Origin: Actinomycetota bacterium
GTDB taxonomy: Bacteria; Actinomycetota; Actinomycetes; S36-B12; UBA5976
Length of the DNA: 24,054 bases
NCBI GenBank assembly: GCA_041170125.1
Contig: JBEAZM010000016.1
Coordinates: 1 to 24,054, forward strand
Reading direction: 5' to 3'
The notes under the pieces were generated by a model. It ran no database searches. It was not told the origin of the DNA and saw only the letters and a program-made list of their open reading frames with translations. The position numbers and the translations under genes are program-made. The stretch's first letter is position 1. Every line of letters begins with the position of its first letter. This document shows, in pieces, positions 1 through 9,170 of the stretch.

Positions 1-565
1 ATCCTTGAAAAACACTTATGCCAGAAGCAATGGCTGTAACAACTGGAAGGTACGGGGCCAGGGCTAAGTCTTCAACCACCAAAATACTGACGGTTCGTTT
101 AGCCACTTCCGAGCGTTGAGCACCAGCATCACGGATTAGTTGGGAGGCAATGCCTGACGACGACACGTAAGTAATACCAGCAAGTCCAACTGCACCAAGC
201 AATCCCCAACCAAGGATGAAGCCAAGTACAGCACCTGGCAGAGCATTAAATACAAAATCCAAAGCGCCAGCTCGGTAGTGGGTTTTGATTGAGGTTGCGA
301 GTTCCCGAGCTGAATATTCCAATCCCAGTAACAGCAACAAAAGCAAAGCTCCAATAGCTGCTGTGGTGTCTAGATACTCACCGCTGATATTTATTTCAAC
401 GATTCCGCCAGTGCCAAAAAATAACCCGATGAGCAAGAAGAAAGGGACTGCCGAAATCTGTAAACGAGCCGCACCGAACGCAATCACACCAAGTAAAAGA
501 AAAATTGCGCCAATTTCCAAGAGGGCGAACTCGTTACCCAAAGCGGCAGACACAGGTAACAACAT
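1..565 (-). CDS. Cation:proton antiporter (CPA2 family, KhtU/YhaU-like), 3' part runs off the window
   Basis: Not in the ORF track. My translation from the ATG at 565 is open to the window edge: MLLPVSAALGNEFALLEIGAIFLLLGVIAFGAARLQISAVPFFLLIGLFFG...IGALLLLLLLGLEYSARELA...YVSSSGIASQL...ILVVEDLALAPYLPVV. The hydrophobic pattern and the LLGLEYS, SSSGI and VEDL motifs are typical of CPA2. It starts 7 nt after the upstream stop at 573. Confidence 0.85.
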   Translation of the reverse strand, partial: MLLPVSAALGNEFALLEIGAIFLLLGVIAFGAARLQISAVPFFLLIGLFFGTGGIVEINISGEYLDTTAAIGALLLLLLLGLEYSARELATSIKTHYRAGALDFVFNALPGAVLGFILGWGLLGAVGLAGITYVSSSGIASQLIRDAGAQRSEVAKRTVSILVVEDLALAPYLPVVTAIASGISVFQG

Positions 566-572
566 GGCCGAA

Positions 573-1853
573 TTATCCCGTAGCGAGTGACGTTTGCGCT
601 CTCCGAGCAGTAAGCCACCAGAGGGCCGTTCGGAACAAAACTGCGGTTGAAACATTTAACAAACCGAATTGCAACACCTGTAAATTTGAAAATCCAACGA
701 ACTCAAATCGACCAGCTCCGATTGAACCGGTTACGACCAGATTTAAAATCAAAATCATTAGCAGGAAAAAACCTGTTGTTGCAGCATTGATTTTTAAAGC
801 ATGACCTAAATCAAATTTCGCTCGTAAATGACCTGAAAACATGCGGCGAGTTGCAAACAATGCGACGAATATCGCCAGTCCAAACCCAATCCAACTCCAG
901 GACGGTAATGATTCTGGGAGGAGCGCTAGGACTGGTACGACAGGTAGTGGCGCTACTGACTGTTCAAAAATTGAGTAACTCGAACCTAAACCAATCTGCA
1001 GGTTAGTTCCGAGTAATAAGAAGAGTGCCCAAACAAACAAAACAGGCAAGTACAAGATTGACCACATGATTACTGCAATCTTGGACGAACTATCGGCCGC
1101 AATTAAATCCACCAGATTCATGAACTCACCGAAACGAAATCCACTAATTAGCAGCATCAGCCCAAAAGCCAAAGCGCCTAAATAGCCAAAGAGCTTGGTC
1201 GCGAATCCAAATCCAATCCGTAATGGCTCTGGCAGCATAAGTAACAAATCGCGCACCAACAGGTAGGGCGATTGTGGTTTTAGCCAAGTTTTTGTGCGCT
1301 CTCCGATTTCAAAACGACTTTTTGGAATTTCAAGGATTGGCTCGGCCGAACTGCGCAGTACGGCAATTGCTGCTCCAACAACCCCGAACAGAAAACCATT
1401 CGCCACCGCCATTGTGCTGTTGATTGCACCCGAGGTAGTGAGTGAAATCAGAAACAACAACGCTCCATGAACGCCACCGACCCCGGTTATTAATCCCAGC
1501 ACGGACGCAGGGTGGTAAAAAATCACCGATCTAATCGCCCACTTGGTTGCGGCTTGGATCAGCCACAGCAAAATGAAAGTTAACAAAACCGGAAATACCG
1601 AAAGTTCGAAAAGCTCAAACTTGATTGGTAAAAAATGGGCGTGCAAAAAACTAGTGGTTGCGGCAGCGAGTGCTCCGGCGAATGTTCCGGAGTTGTTCGG
1701 TGTGGTGATCCAGACGAAAGTGAAGGCCGCGATTAATCCACTCCAAAAAACGACACTCACCCAAAGGCTGACTGCCAATGCAGCAAACGGCAGCGGCCAA
1801 GCCAACGGAGATTCCGTGGCGGCCACTGCCGAGCGCTGATTAAAAAATTTCAC
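573..1853 (-). CDS. DUF6350 / PerM-like polytopic membrane protein
   Basis: 426 aa with many TM segments and a LQIGLGSSYS...PLPVVPVLALLP motif. GTG start. It lies directly downstream of sucD, the usual position of DUF6350 in Actinomycetota. Confidence 0.7.
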   Translation of the reverse strand: MKFFNQRSAVAATESPLAWPLPFAALAVSLWVSVVFWSGLIAAFTFVWITTPNNSGTFAGALAAATTSFLHAHFLPIKFELFELSVFPVLLTFILLWLIQAATKWAIRSVIFYHPASVLGLITGVGGVHGALLFLISLTTSGAINSTMAVANGFLFGVVGAAIAVLRSSAEPILEIPKSRFEIGERTKTWLKPQSPYLLVRDLLLMLPEPLRIGFGFATKLFGYLGALAFGLMLLISGFRFGEFMNLVDLIAADSSSKIAVIMWSILYLPVLFVWALFLLLGTNLQIGLGSSYSIFEQSVAPLPVVPVLALLPESLPSWSWIGFGLAIFVALFATRRMFSGHLRAKFDLGHALKINAATTGFFLLMILILNLVVTGSIGAGRFEFVGFSNLQVLQFGLLNVSTAVLFRTALWWLTARRAQTSLATG

Positions 1854-1862
1854 AATCTCAGA

Positions 1863-2735
1863 CTAGAGATTCTGCATGATCTCCCGCATCAACCGCGCGG
1901 TTTCGGAAGGAGTTTTTCCAACTTTCACACCAACGGCCTCAAGCGCTTCTTGCTTAGCAGCCGCAGTTCCAGATGAACCCGAGACGATTGCGCCGGCGTG
2001 CCCCATGGTCTTGCCTTCAGGAGCCGTAAAGCCAGCAACGTACCCAACCACTGGCTTGGTGATGTGTTCGGCAATGTAGGCAGCTGCACGTTCTTCGGCA
2101 TCGCCACCAATTTCACCAATCATCACGATTGCGTCGGTTTCAGGATCGTCCTGGAAAGCTTGCAAGCAATCAATGTGAGTTGTGCCGATAATGGGGTCAC
2201 CACCGATTCCAACCGCGGTTGAGAAACCAAAATCAGAAAGTTCGTACATCATTTGGTAAGTCAACGTGCCGGACTTCGACACCAATCCAATCCGACCAGA
2301 CTTCGTGATGTCCGCCGGAATAATGCCGGCATTGGAGACACCAGGTGTGATGATGCCAGGGCAGTTTGGCCCGATGATGCGAGTCTTACCCGAGTTCTGA
2401 GCGTGCTGGAAAAATACTGCAGTGTCGTGAACTGGAATACCTTCCGTGATTACAACACACAATGGAATCTCAGCATCTACAGCTTCAATAACTGCTGCTT
2501 TGGCAAATTTTGGTGGCACGAATACGACCGAAACATTGGCGCCGGTCGCAGCCATGGCTTCGCCAACTGAGTTGAAAACTGGGATGCCATCTACTTCTTG
2601 GCCGCCCTTGCCAGGGGTTACGCCTGCAACAATGTTGGTGCCGGAAGCAATCATTCGACGGGTGTGCTTGGTGCCTTCAGCGCCAGTCATACCCTGAACA
2701 AGCACGCGGCTTTCTGCGTTTAGAAAAATAGCCAT
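1863..2735 (-). CDS. sucD: Succinyl-CoA ligase (ADP-forming) alpha subunit
   Basis: [31 protein letters not shown] and the phospho-His motif MGHAGA; adjacent to sucC. Confidence 0.98.
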   Translation of the reverse strand: MAIFLNAESRVLVQGMTGAEGTKHTRRMIASGTNIVAGVTPGKGGQEVDGIPVFNSVGEAMAATGANVSVVFVPPKFAKAAVIEAVDAEIPLCVVITEGIPVHDTAVFFQHAQNSGKTRIIGPNCPGIITPGVSNAGIIPADITKSGRIGLVSKSGTLTYQMMYELSDFGFSTAVGIGGDPIIGTTHIDCLQAFQDDPETDAIVMIGEIGGDAEERAAAYIAEHITKPVVGYVAGFTAPEGKTMGHAGAIVSGSSGTAAAKQEALEAVGVKVGKTPSETARLMREIMQNL

Positions 2736-2746
2736 GATTCAAACTC

Positions 2747-3916
2747 CTACTGTGCTCGCTGAGCTACTCGACGAGCAGCATCATCCATAGTTTCGACACG
2801 TTCAATCACATCGATACCGGACTCATCCAAAAGTTTGCGACCGAGTTCCGCGTTGTTGCCATCGATGCGGCACACAATCGGCTTCTTCACCTTAGTGCCA
2901 TCTTTTTCGAGCAAGCCAATCGCTTGGATGACACCGTTGGCGACTGCATCACAAGCTGTGATACCACCGAAAACGTTTACGAATACTGATTTAACAGCAG
3001 GATCGTTCAGCACAATATCCAAACCATTTGCCATGACTTGAGCGCTAGCGCCGCCACCAATGTCGAGGAAGTTCGCTGGCTTGACATTGCCAAATTCCTC
3101 ACCCGCATAGGCGACCACATCCAAAGTCGACATCACCAGACCAGCACCATTTCCAATGATGCCAACTTCGCCATCGAGTTTTACGTAGTTCAAATCAAGT
3201 TCTTTTGCGCGCAATTCAAGTGGGTCGGTTGCGGCGACATCGTTGAGTTCTTCGTGATCAGGGTGCCGGAAACCGGCGTTGTCATCTAACGTCACTTTTC
3301 CGTCGAGTGCCAAAATCTCGCCAGCCTCAGTCTTTACAAGTGGATTGACTTCTACGAGCGTGGCATCTTCTTTGATAAAGACATCCCAAAGTTTCATTAG
3401 AACATCAGCAACTTGTTCGCGAACCTCAGCTGGGAAGTTTGCGGCCTCCACGATCTCTTTGGCTTTCGCAGCAGTGCAACCTTCAATTGCATCAACTCGA
3501 ATTTTGGCGAGCGCCTCAGGCTTGGTGGCAGCAACTTCTTCAATGTCCATGCCGCCTTCAACACTTGCCATGGCGAGGAAGCTGCGGTTGGTGCGGTCGA
3601 GCAGGAAAGAAACGTAGTACTCCTCCGCAATCTTGGAGGCGGGCACAATTTGGACCTTGCGCACGACATGACCTTTGATGTCGAGGCCGAGAATTTGTTC
3701 GGCTTTTTCTACGGTTTCGGCGGGGGTTGTAGCTACTTTGACACCGCCAGCCTTGCCGCGGCCACCAGTTTTCACCTGGGCCTTGATAACAACCGTGCCA
3801 CCGATTTTTTCGGCCGCGGCACCTGCATCAGCTGCAGTAGTGACAACGTAACCGACAGTTCCGGGGACACCGTGCTTGGTGAATAAATCTTTAGCTTGGT
3901 ATTCGTAAAGATCCAC
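2747..3916 (-). CDS. sucC: Succinyl-CoA ligase (ADP-forming) beta subunit
   Basis: [53 protein letters not shown] start with an AGGAG RBS (gctcct at 3921-3926). Confidence 0.98.
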   Translation of the reverse strand: MDLYEYQAKDLFTKHGVPGTVGYVVTTAADAGAAAEKIGGTVVIKAQVKTGGRGKAGGVKVATTPAETVEKAEQILGLDIKGHVVRKVQIVPASKIAEEYYVSFLLDRTNRSFLAMASVEGGMDIEEVAATKPEALAKIRVDAIEGCTAAKAKEIVEAANFPAEVREQVADVLMKLWDVFIKEDATLVEVNPLVKTEAGEILALDGKVTLDDNAGFRHPDHEELNDVAATDPLELRAKELDLNYVKLDGEVGIIGNGAGLVMSTLDVVAYAGEEFGNVKPANFLDIGGGASAQVMANGLDIVLNDPAVKSVFVNVFGGITACDAVANGVIQAIGLLEKDGTKVKKPIVCRIDGNNAELGRKLLDESGIDVIERVETMDDAARRVAQRAQ

Positions 3917-4043
3917 GACTGCTCCTGTGGGATAAAAAGTTAGGGGCTAAACCTAACCTGCAAGCCCTGCTAAGAATTTTCGGAGTACGCGAAAAGAAGT
4001 TGGAAAATTGGGGAAATGCGGAGAAGCGAAGAAAACTGCAGAT

Positions 4044-4748
4044 TTAGAGATCGCTAAGGCGTTGGATGCCATCGCCGTAGGCCCAAGCAGGAACCTTCAT
4101 TTTTTTGATTTTGCCCTTGTGCTTTCCCCAGAGGAACTCAGCTGGGTCGACTGGCAAGTCATTCTTGCGGACCTCGAGGTGTAGGTGCGAACCAGAGCTG
4201 TTGCCGGTGGAACCCACATAGCCAATGCGCTGGCCACTACCAACAAGTTGGCCAGTCTTCACCGTGATATCTGAAAGATGCGCGTACCAGATGTCACCAC
4301 CACGAACTGTCCGCACCACAACCAAGTAACCGTAGGCCCCAGCGTATCCTTTAAAGACAACCTTGCCCTTCATCACGTTTACTACGGATGCGCCGTAGCT
4401 GGCATCAAAATCGATTCCAGTGTGACGAACTGACCAATACCGACCCGACTCACCAAAACGAGCTGAAAGCCGGCCACCAGCTGGGGTTGAGATTTTTCGG
4501 ATTGAGCGTTTGCGAGATGACTCGGCCCGCTTCTTTCGAAGTTTTTCGAAGCGCTTCCTTGAAATTTTCGCTTCGCGATCAGAAATCTCTTGCCGAATGG
4601 TCGAAATGGGAAATCGCTCGCCCGAGGGAGTTGAGATGCTCAAGTTCCGTGGAGGATTCTCGGCTGCAAAAGAGCCATAAATTCCAGCAGGTGCGAAGAA
4701 ACTAGCAACAACCGCAGAAACCAGCGCTATTCGCGTTGTTTTGCGCAT
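4044..4748 (-). CDS. M23 family zinc metallopeptidase (peptidoglycan endopeptidase), secreted
   Basis: N-terminal signal-like segment. HTGID, YAHL and GSTGNSSGSHLHLEV motifs with intact zinc ligands. ATG lies 2 nt after the upstream stop. Confidence 0.92.
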   Translation of the reverse strand: MRKTTRIALVSAVVASFFAPAGIYGSFAAENPPRNLSISTPSGERFPISTIRQEISDREAKISRKRFEKLRKKRAESSRKRSIRKISTPAGGRLSARFGESGRYWSVRHTGIDFDASYGASVVNVMKGKVVFKGYAGAYGYLVVVRTVRGGDIWYAHLSDITVKTGQLVGSGQRIGYVGSTGNSSGSHLHLEVRKNDLPVDPAEFLWGKHKGKIKKMKVPAWAYGDGIQRLSDL

Positions 4749-4750
4749 TA

Positions 4751-5341
4751 CTAGTACCAGCCTTTTGCCTTTTTATGTTTCAGAGCCTTGCAAGGCGAGC
4801 CGTACCGATACTTTACGTAATGGGCACCGAGCTGAACCTGAAGCTCCGCGGAGGAGCGGTAGGTTGCCACAGGGATGCCAGATTTCACAACCGCGGGTCG
4901 ATTCAGCTGTGGGATTCCGAGATACAGACCGCCAGCTCCTGAAGCCGCGATCCGCCAACTGGACTCTTTTTGCCACAAAGTCGAAAGGCACTTAAAACCA
5001 TCTTTACCCCAGCCATATTCATGCTTGATGTGGCGTTCGGCATACCATTTCGCGTACTTCGCTGTTTTGAAGTAACCGGGGTAATTCTGTGGGGCCAAGT
5101 CACGAACCGACTTGATTGAGGATTTTGATCGCGAAGTGAATACTTTGCGAAGATTGATTGTGTCACCGCGGGTTGGGGCCTCGGTGTCTGGGTTTTCGGT
5201 TTCGTCTACTTCTTCAGTCTCAACCGGAGCTGGGGTATCAAACACAGGCACGGTCGGCAACGCAGTGGCCGTCGGTGCCAGCAGGCCCGCAGTCAGCAAA
5301 GCGACTAAAGCAGCCGCAAGTGCACTGGTTGAAAACTTCAT
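4751..5341 (-). CDS. Secreted lytic transglycosylase-like protein (aggregation-promoting-factor C-terminal type)
   Basis: Signal peptide and acidic Pro/Thr linker, then CLSTLWQKESSW (putative catalytic Glu), GIPQ and RYGSPC...GWY at the C-terminus. Follows phoH2, as is common in Actinomycetota. Confidence 0.82.
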   Translation of the reverse strand: MKFSTSALAAALVALLTAGLLAPTATALPTVPVFDTPAPVETEEVDETENPDTEAPTRGDTINLRKVFTSRSKSSIKSVRDLAPQNYPGYFKTAKYAKWYAERHIKHEYGWGKDGFKCLSTLWQKESSWRIAASGAGGLYLGIPQLNRPAVVKSGIPVATYRSSAELQVQLGAHYVKYRYGSPCKALKHKKAKGWY

Positions 5342-5344
5342 GGT

Positions 5345-5360
5345 GTTACCTTGCCGTTAC
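5345..5360. promoter_or_regulatory. GTnAC-N6-GTnAC direct repeat (MtrA/GlnR-type box)
   Basis: Plus strand GTTAC-CTTGCC-GTTAC, 3 nt from the transglycosylase ATG. The 11-bp period is typical of OmpR-family boxes. Confidence 0.35.
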
Positions 5361-5450
5361 TAAATTGTGGATTGCAACCGCAGGCAAGCGCGTTTTTCCA
5401 CAAATTTCGGGGTAAATGTCCAATTTCGGGGGTTTTTTCGTACATATCGC

Positions 5451-5466
5451 TGTGGGATTTGTCACA
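5451..5466. promoter_or_regulatory. CRP/GlxR-like binding site upstream of the transglycosylase-M23 operon
   Basis: Minus strand TGTGA-CAAATC-CCACA matches 9 of 10 positions of TGTGA-N6-TCACA. It lies inside the inverted repeat GCTGTG-N8-CACAGC (5449-5468). Confidence 0.5.
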
Positions 5467-5480
5467 GCCAAAACCCCAAT

Positions 5481-6842
5481 TTACAGTGATACGTCCTCCA
5501 GCAGGTCAGTTACCAGCGCAGCGATAGGCGAGCGTTCACTTCGCGTCAAAGTGATGTGAGCAAATAGCGGATGGCCTTTTAGCTTCTCCACCACCGCAAC
5601 CACGCCGTCATGTCGACCCACCCGAAGGTTGTCGCGCTGGGCAATGTCGTGCGTAAGAACAACTCTTGAGCCCTTACCAATACGCGACAAGACCGTCAGG
5701 AGCACATTCCGCTCAAGTGATTGCGCCTCATCCACAATCACAAAAGCATCATGAAGGGATCGGCCGCGAATATGCGTTAGCGGCAGCACTTCAATCAAGT
5801 CTCGATCGATGACCTCTTGCATCAACGTCTCTGAAGCAATGGCGCCGAGGGTGTCGAACACTGCTTGACCCCAAGGTGACATCTTTTCGGCTTCGGTGCC
5901 CGGCAGAAATCCCAGTTCTTGTCCCCCAACCGCGTATAACGGACGAAAGATCATGACTTTTTTGTGACTGCGCCGCTCTAAAACTGCCTCCAGCCCAGCC
6001 GCGATTGCGAGTGCGCTCTTGCCGGTTCCAGCTTTGCCACCTAGGGAGACAATTCCCACTTCCTCGTCGAGCAGGATGTCGAGGGCAATTCGCTGTTCGG
6101 CACTTCTACCGTGCAGACCAAAAGCCTCCCGATCACCTCGAACCAATCGAACTACGCCGCGTCCCATGACTCGCCCGAGTGCACTGGTTTTACCGGCATG
6201 CAAAACAACGCCAGCATTAATTGGAAGCGCTTCCGCATCTTTCAAATGAAGTGTGGCATTTTCGTAGAGTTCGGAAACTTGCTCGGCTGACACGTGTAGG
6301 TCGACAATTCCTGACCAACCATCGGTGGCTGCCAACTCGGCTCGATATTCCTCAGCATTGAGTCCAGCCACCGAGGCTTTGACTCGCATAGGTAGATCTT
6401 TCGAGACCACGACTACATCGCGGCCCACGAGTGACAGATTTTTAGCGACAGCCAGGATGCGAGTGTCGTTATCGCCGAGTCTGAGCCCGGCCGGCAGTAC
6501 GGATTCATCGGTGTGATTGAGCTCGACACGCAAACTGCCGCCGCTTTCCAGCGGTAGCGGTTCATCAAGTCGGCCATGGGCAATGCGTAAATCATCCATC
6601 AACCGCAATGCGCTGCGGGCAAAAAACCCAAGCTCGAGATGACTGCGTTTGGCCTCCAACTCAGCTAGCACCACGACCGGAATCACGACTTCGTGTTCGG
6701 CAAACCGCAGAATCGCATGCGGGTCTGAGAGCAAAACTGAAGTATCTATGACAAAAGTTCTCGTCTCCGGGGCTTTGGATTTTTTCGACGGCTGCTTTTT
6801 CGACACAGATTCGGATGGGCCGTCGGATGATTTACGGGGCAT
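5481..6842 (-). CDS. phoH2: PhoH family protein with N-terminal PIN domain (PhoH2-type)
   Basis: PIN motif [13 protein letters not shown]-loop [19 protein letters not shown] and HDIAQRDN. Start placed at ATG 6842 behind a GGAGGTG RBS rather than TTG 6911. Confidence 0.93.
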   Translation of the reverse strand: MPRKSSDGPSESVSKKQPSKKSKAPETRTFVIDTSVLLSDPHAILRFAEHEVVIPVVVLAELEAKRSHLELGFFARSALRLMDDLRIAHGRLDEPLPLESGGSLRVELNHTDESVLPAGLRLGDNDTRILAVAKNLSLVGRDVVVVSKDLPMRVKASVAGLNAEEYRAELAATDGWSGIVDLHVSAEQVSELYENATLHLKDAEALPINAGVVLHAGKTSALGRVMGRGVVRLVRGDREAFGLHGRSAEQRIALDILLDEEVGIVSLGGKAGTGKSALAIAAGLEAVLERRSHKKVMIFRPLYAVGGQELGFLPGTEAEKMSPWGQAVFDTLGAIASETLMQEVIDRDLIEVLPLTHIRGRSLHDAFVIVDEAQSLERNVLLTVLSRIGKGSRVVLTHDIAQRDNLRVGRHDGVVAVVEKLKGHPLFAHITLTRSERSPIAALVTDLLEDVSL

Positions 6843-6945
6843 TGCACCTCCACGCACTCGGGTGTGTTGCACCGAAAAATAAATCCAATACTCAAAGAGC
6901 GGTTTCAACACGCCGTTAGTTCATGAAGATGTAACTAGATGTATT

Positions 6946-7737
6946 TCAAGAACCGAATCGGCGTTTGCGATTACCGAAGTCTCGAATCGCACGTAGGAAA
7001 TCGATTTTTCGAAAGTCAGGCCAGTAGGCATCGGTAAACCAGAATTCTGAATGTGCGGTTTGCCACAACAAAAAGCCCGATAGTCGTTGTTCGCCTGACG
7101 TTCTAATCACTAGATCAGGGTCTGGCTGACCTTTTGTATATAAATGGGCTTCGATATCTGCAGCTGAAATTTCAGCAATGCAGTCCGCGATTGATTTTCC
7201 GTGCTTGGCTGAAGTTTCCAAGTAAGACTTAAAGGAATCCACAAGTTCCCGCCGACCGCTGTATCCCACAGCCATGTTTACTGTAAGGCCAGAACAATCA
7301 ACAGTTTGGCTCTGGGCCGCACTTAGCACTTGGGCAGTTTGTTCGGGCAGAGCGCTTGCCGCACCAACCAGGTTGATTCGCCAGCGTCCGGTAGCAGCCA
7401 ACTCGTTTGCAGTGTTTTCAATGATTCGCAATAGTGGAATCAACTCAGATTGATTTCGATTCAGATTTTCAGTGGAAAGCAGCCAAAGCGTGACAACTTT
7501 TACGTCCTGTTCTTCACACCATTCCAACAAATTTTGAATACGACTTGCGCCAACGCGGTGTCCGCGCGAAGCCGGTCCACCTTGTTCAGCTGCCCAACGG
7601 CGATTGCCATCCAAAATGACACCAACATGCTCGGGCTTTGGAAGCGAACGCAGATTTTTATTCAAGCGGGCTTCGTACAGCTCTACCAATGGCACGCGGA
7701 GTACTCGACTCACCACGCGAGCAAATTTGTTTGGCAT
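6946..7737 (-). CDS. cis-prenyltransferase (UppS family, Rv1086-like short-chain Z-isoprenyl diphosphate synthase)
   Basis: PEHVGVILDGNRRWA, LSTENLNR, PDPDLVIRTSGEQRLSGFLLWQ. Start placed at ATG 7737 behind GGAGGG. Located upstream of phoH2. Confidence 0.93.
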   Translation of the reverse strand: MPNKFARVVSRVLRVPLVELYEARLNKNLRSLPKPEHVGVILDGNRRWAAEQGGPASRGHRVGASRIQNLLEWCEEQDVKVVTLWLLSTENLNRNQSELIPLLRIIENTANELAATGRWRINLVGAASALPEQTAQVLSAAQSQTVDCSGLTVNMAVGYSGRRELVDSFKSYLETSAKHGKSIADCIAEISAADIEAHLYTKGQPDPDLVIRTSGEQRLSGFLLWQTAHSEFWFTDAYWPDFRKIDFLRAIRDFGNRKRRFGS

Positions 7738-7796
7738 TGCACCCTCCACTTTCAGCGCCAAAATCTAGTTGCCAAACGAATTTCTCATGTCAGGCT

Positions 7797-9170
7797 ATGC
7801 CCATGACCGACAAATATTTATCCCGATCAGATTTTCAAGTTGCCTACAACGAACTTGAGGTTGGACCCAACAAGTTAAATGCGATGTTGGCTCTGTCCGA
7901 CCGGGATGGACAAAATTCTGGTGACTTGAGTGGAATTGCGATTGCAATTAAAGACAACATTGAAGCTGTTGGCTTGCCAGCGAGCGCTGGATCGCGAGCT
8001 TTAACTGCAGAAGTAAAAAGTGACGCACCAATCGTCACCCATCTGCTCAATGCCGGGGCTCAGCTAGTTGGCTCAACCAATTTAAGTGAGTGGGCCAACA
8101 TTCGTTCTACTCACTCCACCAGCGGCTGGTCTGCTGTCGGTGGGCTGGTGGGAAATCCGTGGGCGTTAGATCGAAGTGCTGGCGGCTCATCTGCTGGTTC
8201 CGGCGCTGCGGTTGCGGCTGGCCTAGTCTCGGTCGCGATTGGAACAGAAACTGATGGTTCGATTGTGTGTCCAGCTTCACTCAACGGGGTGGTTGGATTA
8301 AAGCCAACTGTGGGTTCAGTTTCAAGCACTGGCATTGTCCCCGTCAGCCTCACCCAAGATACTGCTGGTCCAATTGCGGTTGATGTCAGCTTGGCCGCCC
8401 GAACTTTTGCGGTAATTGCTAATCAACCTGATTTGCTCACCGATTTGGCAGCCGCGTCCGAGATGCCAAAAAATCTGCGAATTGGCGTAGCCACAAACTG
8501 GCTGACTGAGCACGCAGCTACAGATGCTGTTTTTGAAAGAGCAATCAAATTGCTCGAGCCACTTGTACAGGGAATTGCTGACTGTGATGTACCGGCTGCC
8601 GATGCTGAAATTGGCGAGGCTGAATGGGTTGCACTCATGGCTGAGCTCCAGACCGACTTAGACACATATTTGAAAACTCGTCGGCCAGATAATCCGCACA
8701 AGTCCCTGGCTGAGATACATGCGTTTAATCTGCAGGATGAATTGGAACTCAAGCACTTTGGACAAGAGTGCTTTGATGATGCAATCATCTCAGGTGGCCG
8801 AAGTTCCGAAACCTACAAACAAGCTCGGAATCGCGCACACAATTGGGCAAAAGAGATACACACGAAGGCATTCGGTGATTTCGATTTGCTAGTCGCCCCC
8901 ACCTACGGACCAGCCTGGAAAAGTGACCTTGCGCTTGGCGATCGATTCGTTGGTGGTGCTGTGACATCTCCTGCCGCTATAGCCGGCACCCCGCTCCTTT
9001 GTTTGCCCATGGGACTAGTCGACGGTCTACCGGTTGGTCTAACAATCGCTGGGCCGGCGAACAGTGAACTTCAATTACTTGCGCTTGGCTTGCAATTGGA
9101 AAAAGTCTTAGGCACCCGCCGCGTTGAAGATGGATTCAAACCAGAGTTTCGACTACCTATTCGAGGCTAA
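7797..9170 (+). CDS. Amidase signature family enzyme
   Basis: IKDNI (Lys), GGSSAGSG and GTETDGSIVCPAS...VGLKPTVG give an intact Ser-cisSer-Lys triad. The likely start is ATG 7797 or 7803; the track's 7638 start overlaps the divergent prenyltransferase. Confidence 0.92.
   Translation: MPMTDKYLSRSDFQVAYNELEVGPNKLNAMLALSDRDGQNSGDLSGIAIAIKDNIEAVGLPASAGSRALTAEVKSDAPIVTHLLNAGAQLVGSTNLSEWANIRSTHSTSGWSAVGGLVGNPWALDRSAGGSSAGSGAAVAAGLVSVAIGTETDGSIVCPASLNGVVGLKPTVGSVSSTGIVPVSLTQDTAGPIAVDVSLAARTFAVIANQPDLLTDLAAASEMPKNLRIGVATNWLTEHAATDAVFERAIKLLEPLVQGIADCDVPAADAEIGEAEWVALMAELQTDLDTYLKTRRPDNPHKSLAEIHAFNLQDELELKHFGQECFDDAIISGGRSSETYKQARNRAHNWAKEIHTKAFGDFDLLVAPTYGPAWKSDLALGDRFVGGAVTSPAAIAGTPLLCLPMGLVDGLPVGLTIAGPANSELQLLALGLQLEKVLGTRRVEDGFKPEFRLPIRG

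Noticed and set aside
5342-5480. c-di-AMP (ydaO) riboswitch upstream of the cell-wall hydrolases
   Set aside because: Expected from the gene context, but I could not find the conserved elements (GAAUCC, GGAACC, GGGGUGAAU, CGUCAGCUAAC). An Rfam scan would settle it.
6843-6945. PhoAT-like antitoxin ORF upstream of phoH2
   Set aside because: Only 103 bp are available, and I saw no separate ORF with an RBS, only a TTG-initiated in-frame extension that is weaker than the GGAGG-ATG start.
7638-7796. N-terminal extension of the amidase
   Set aside because: It would overlap the divergent prenyltransferase start, and amidase-like sequence begins only after about 7800.
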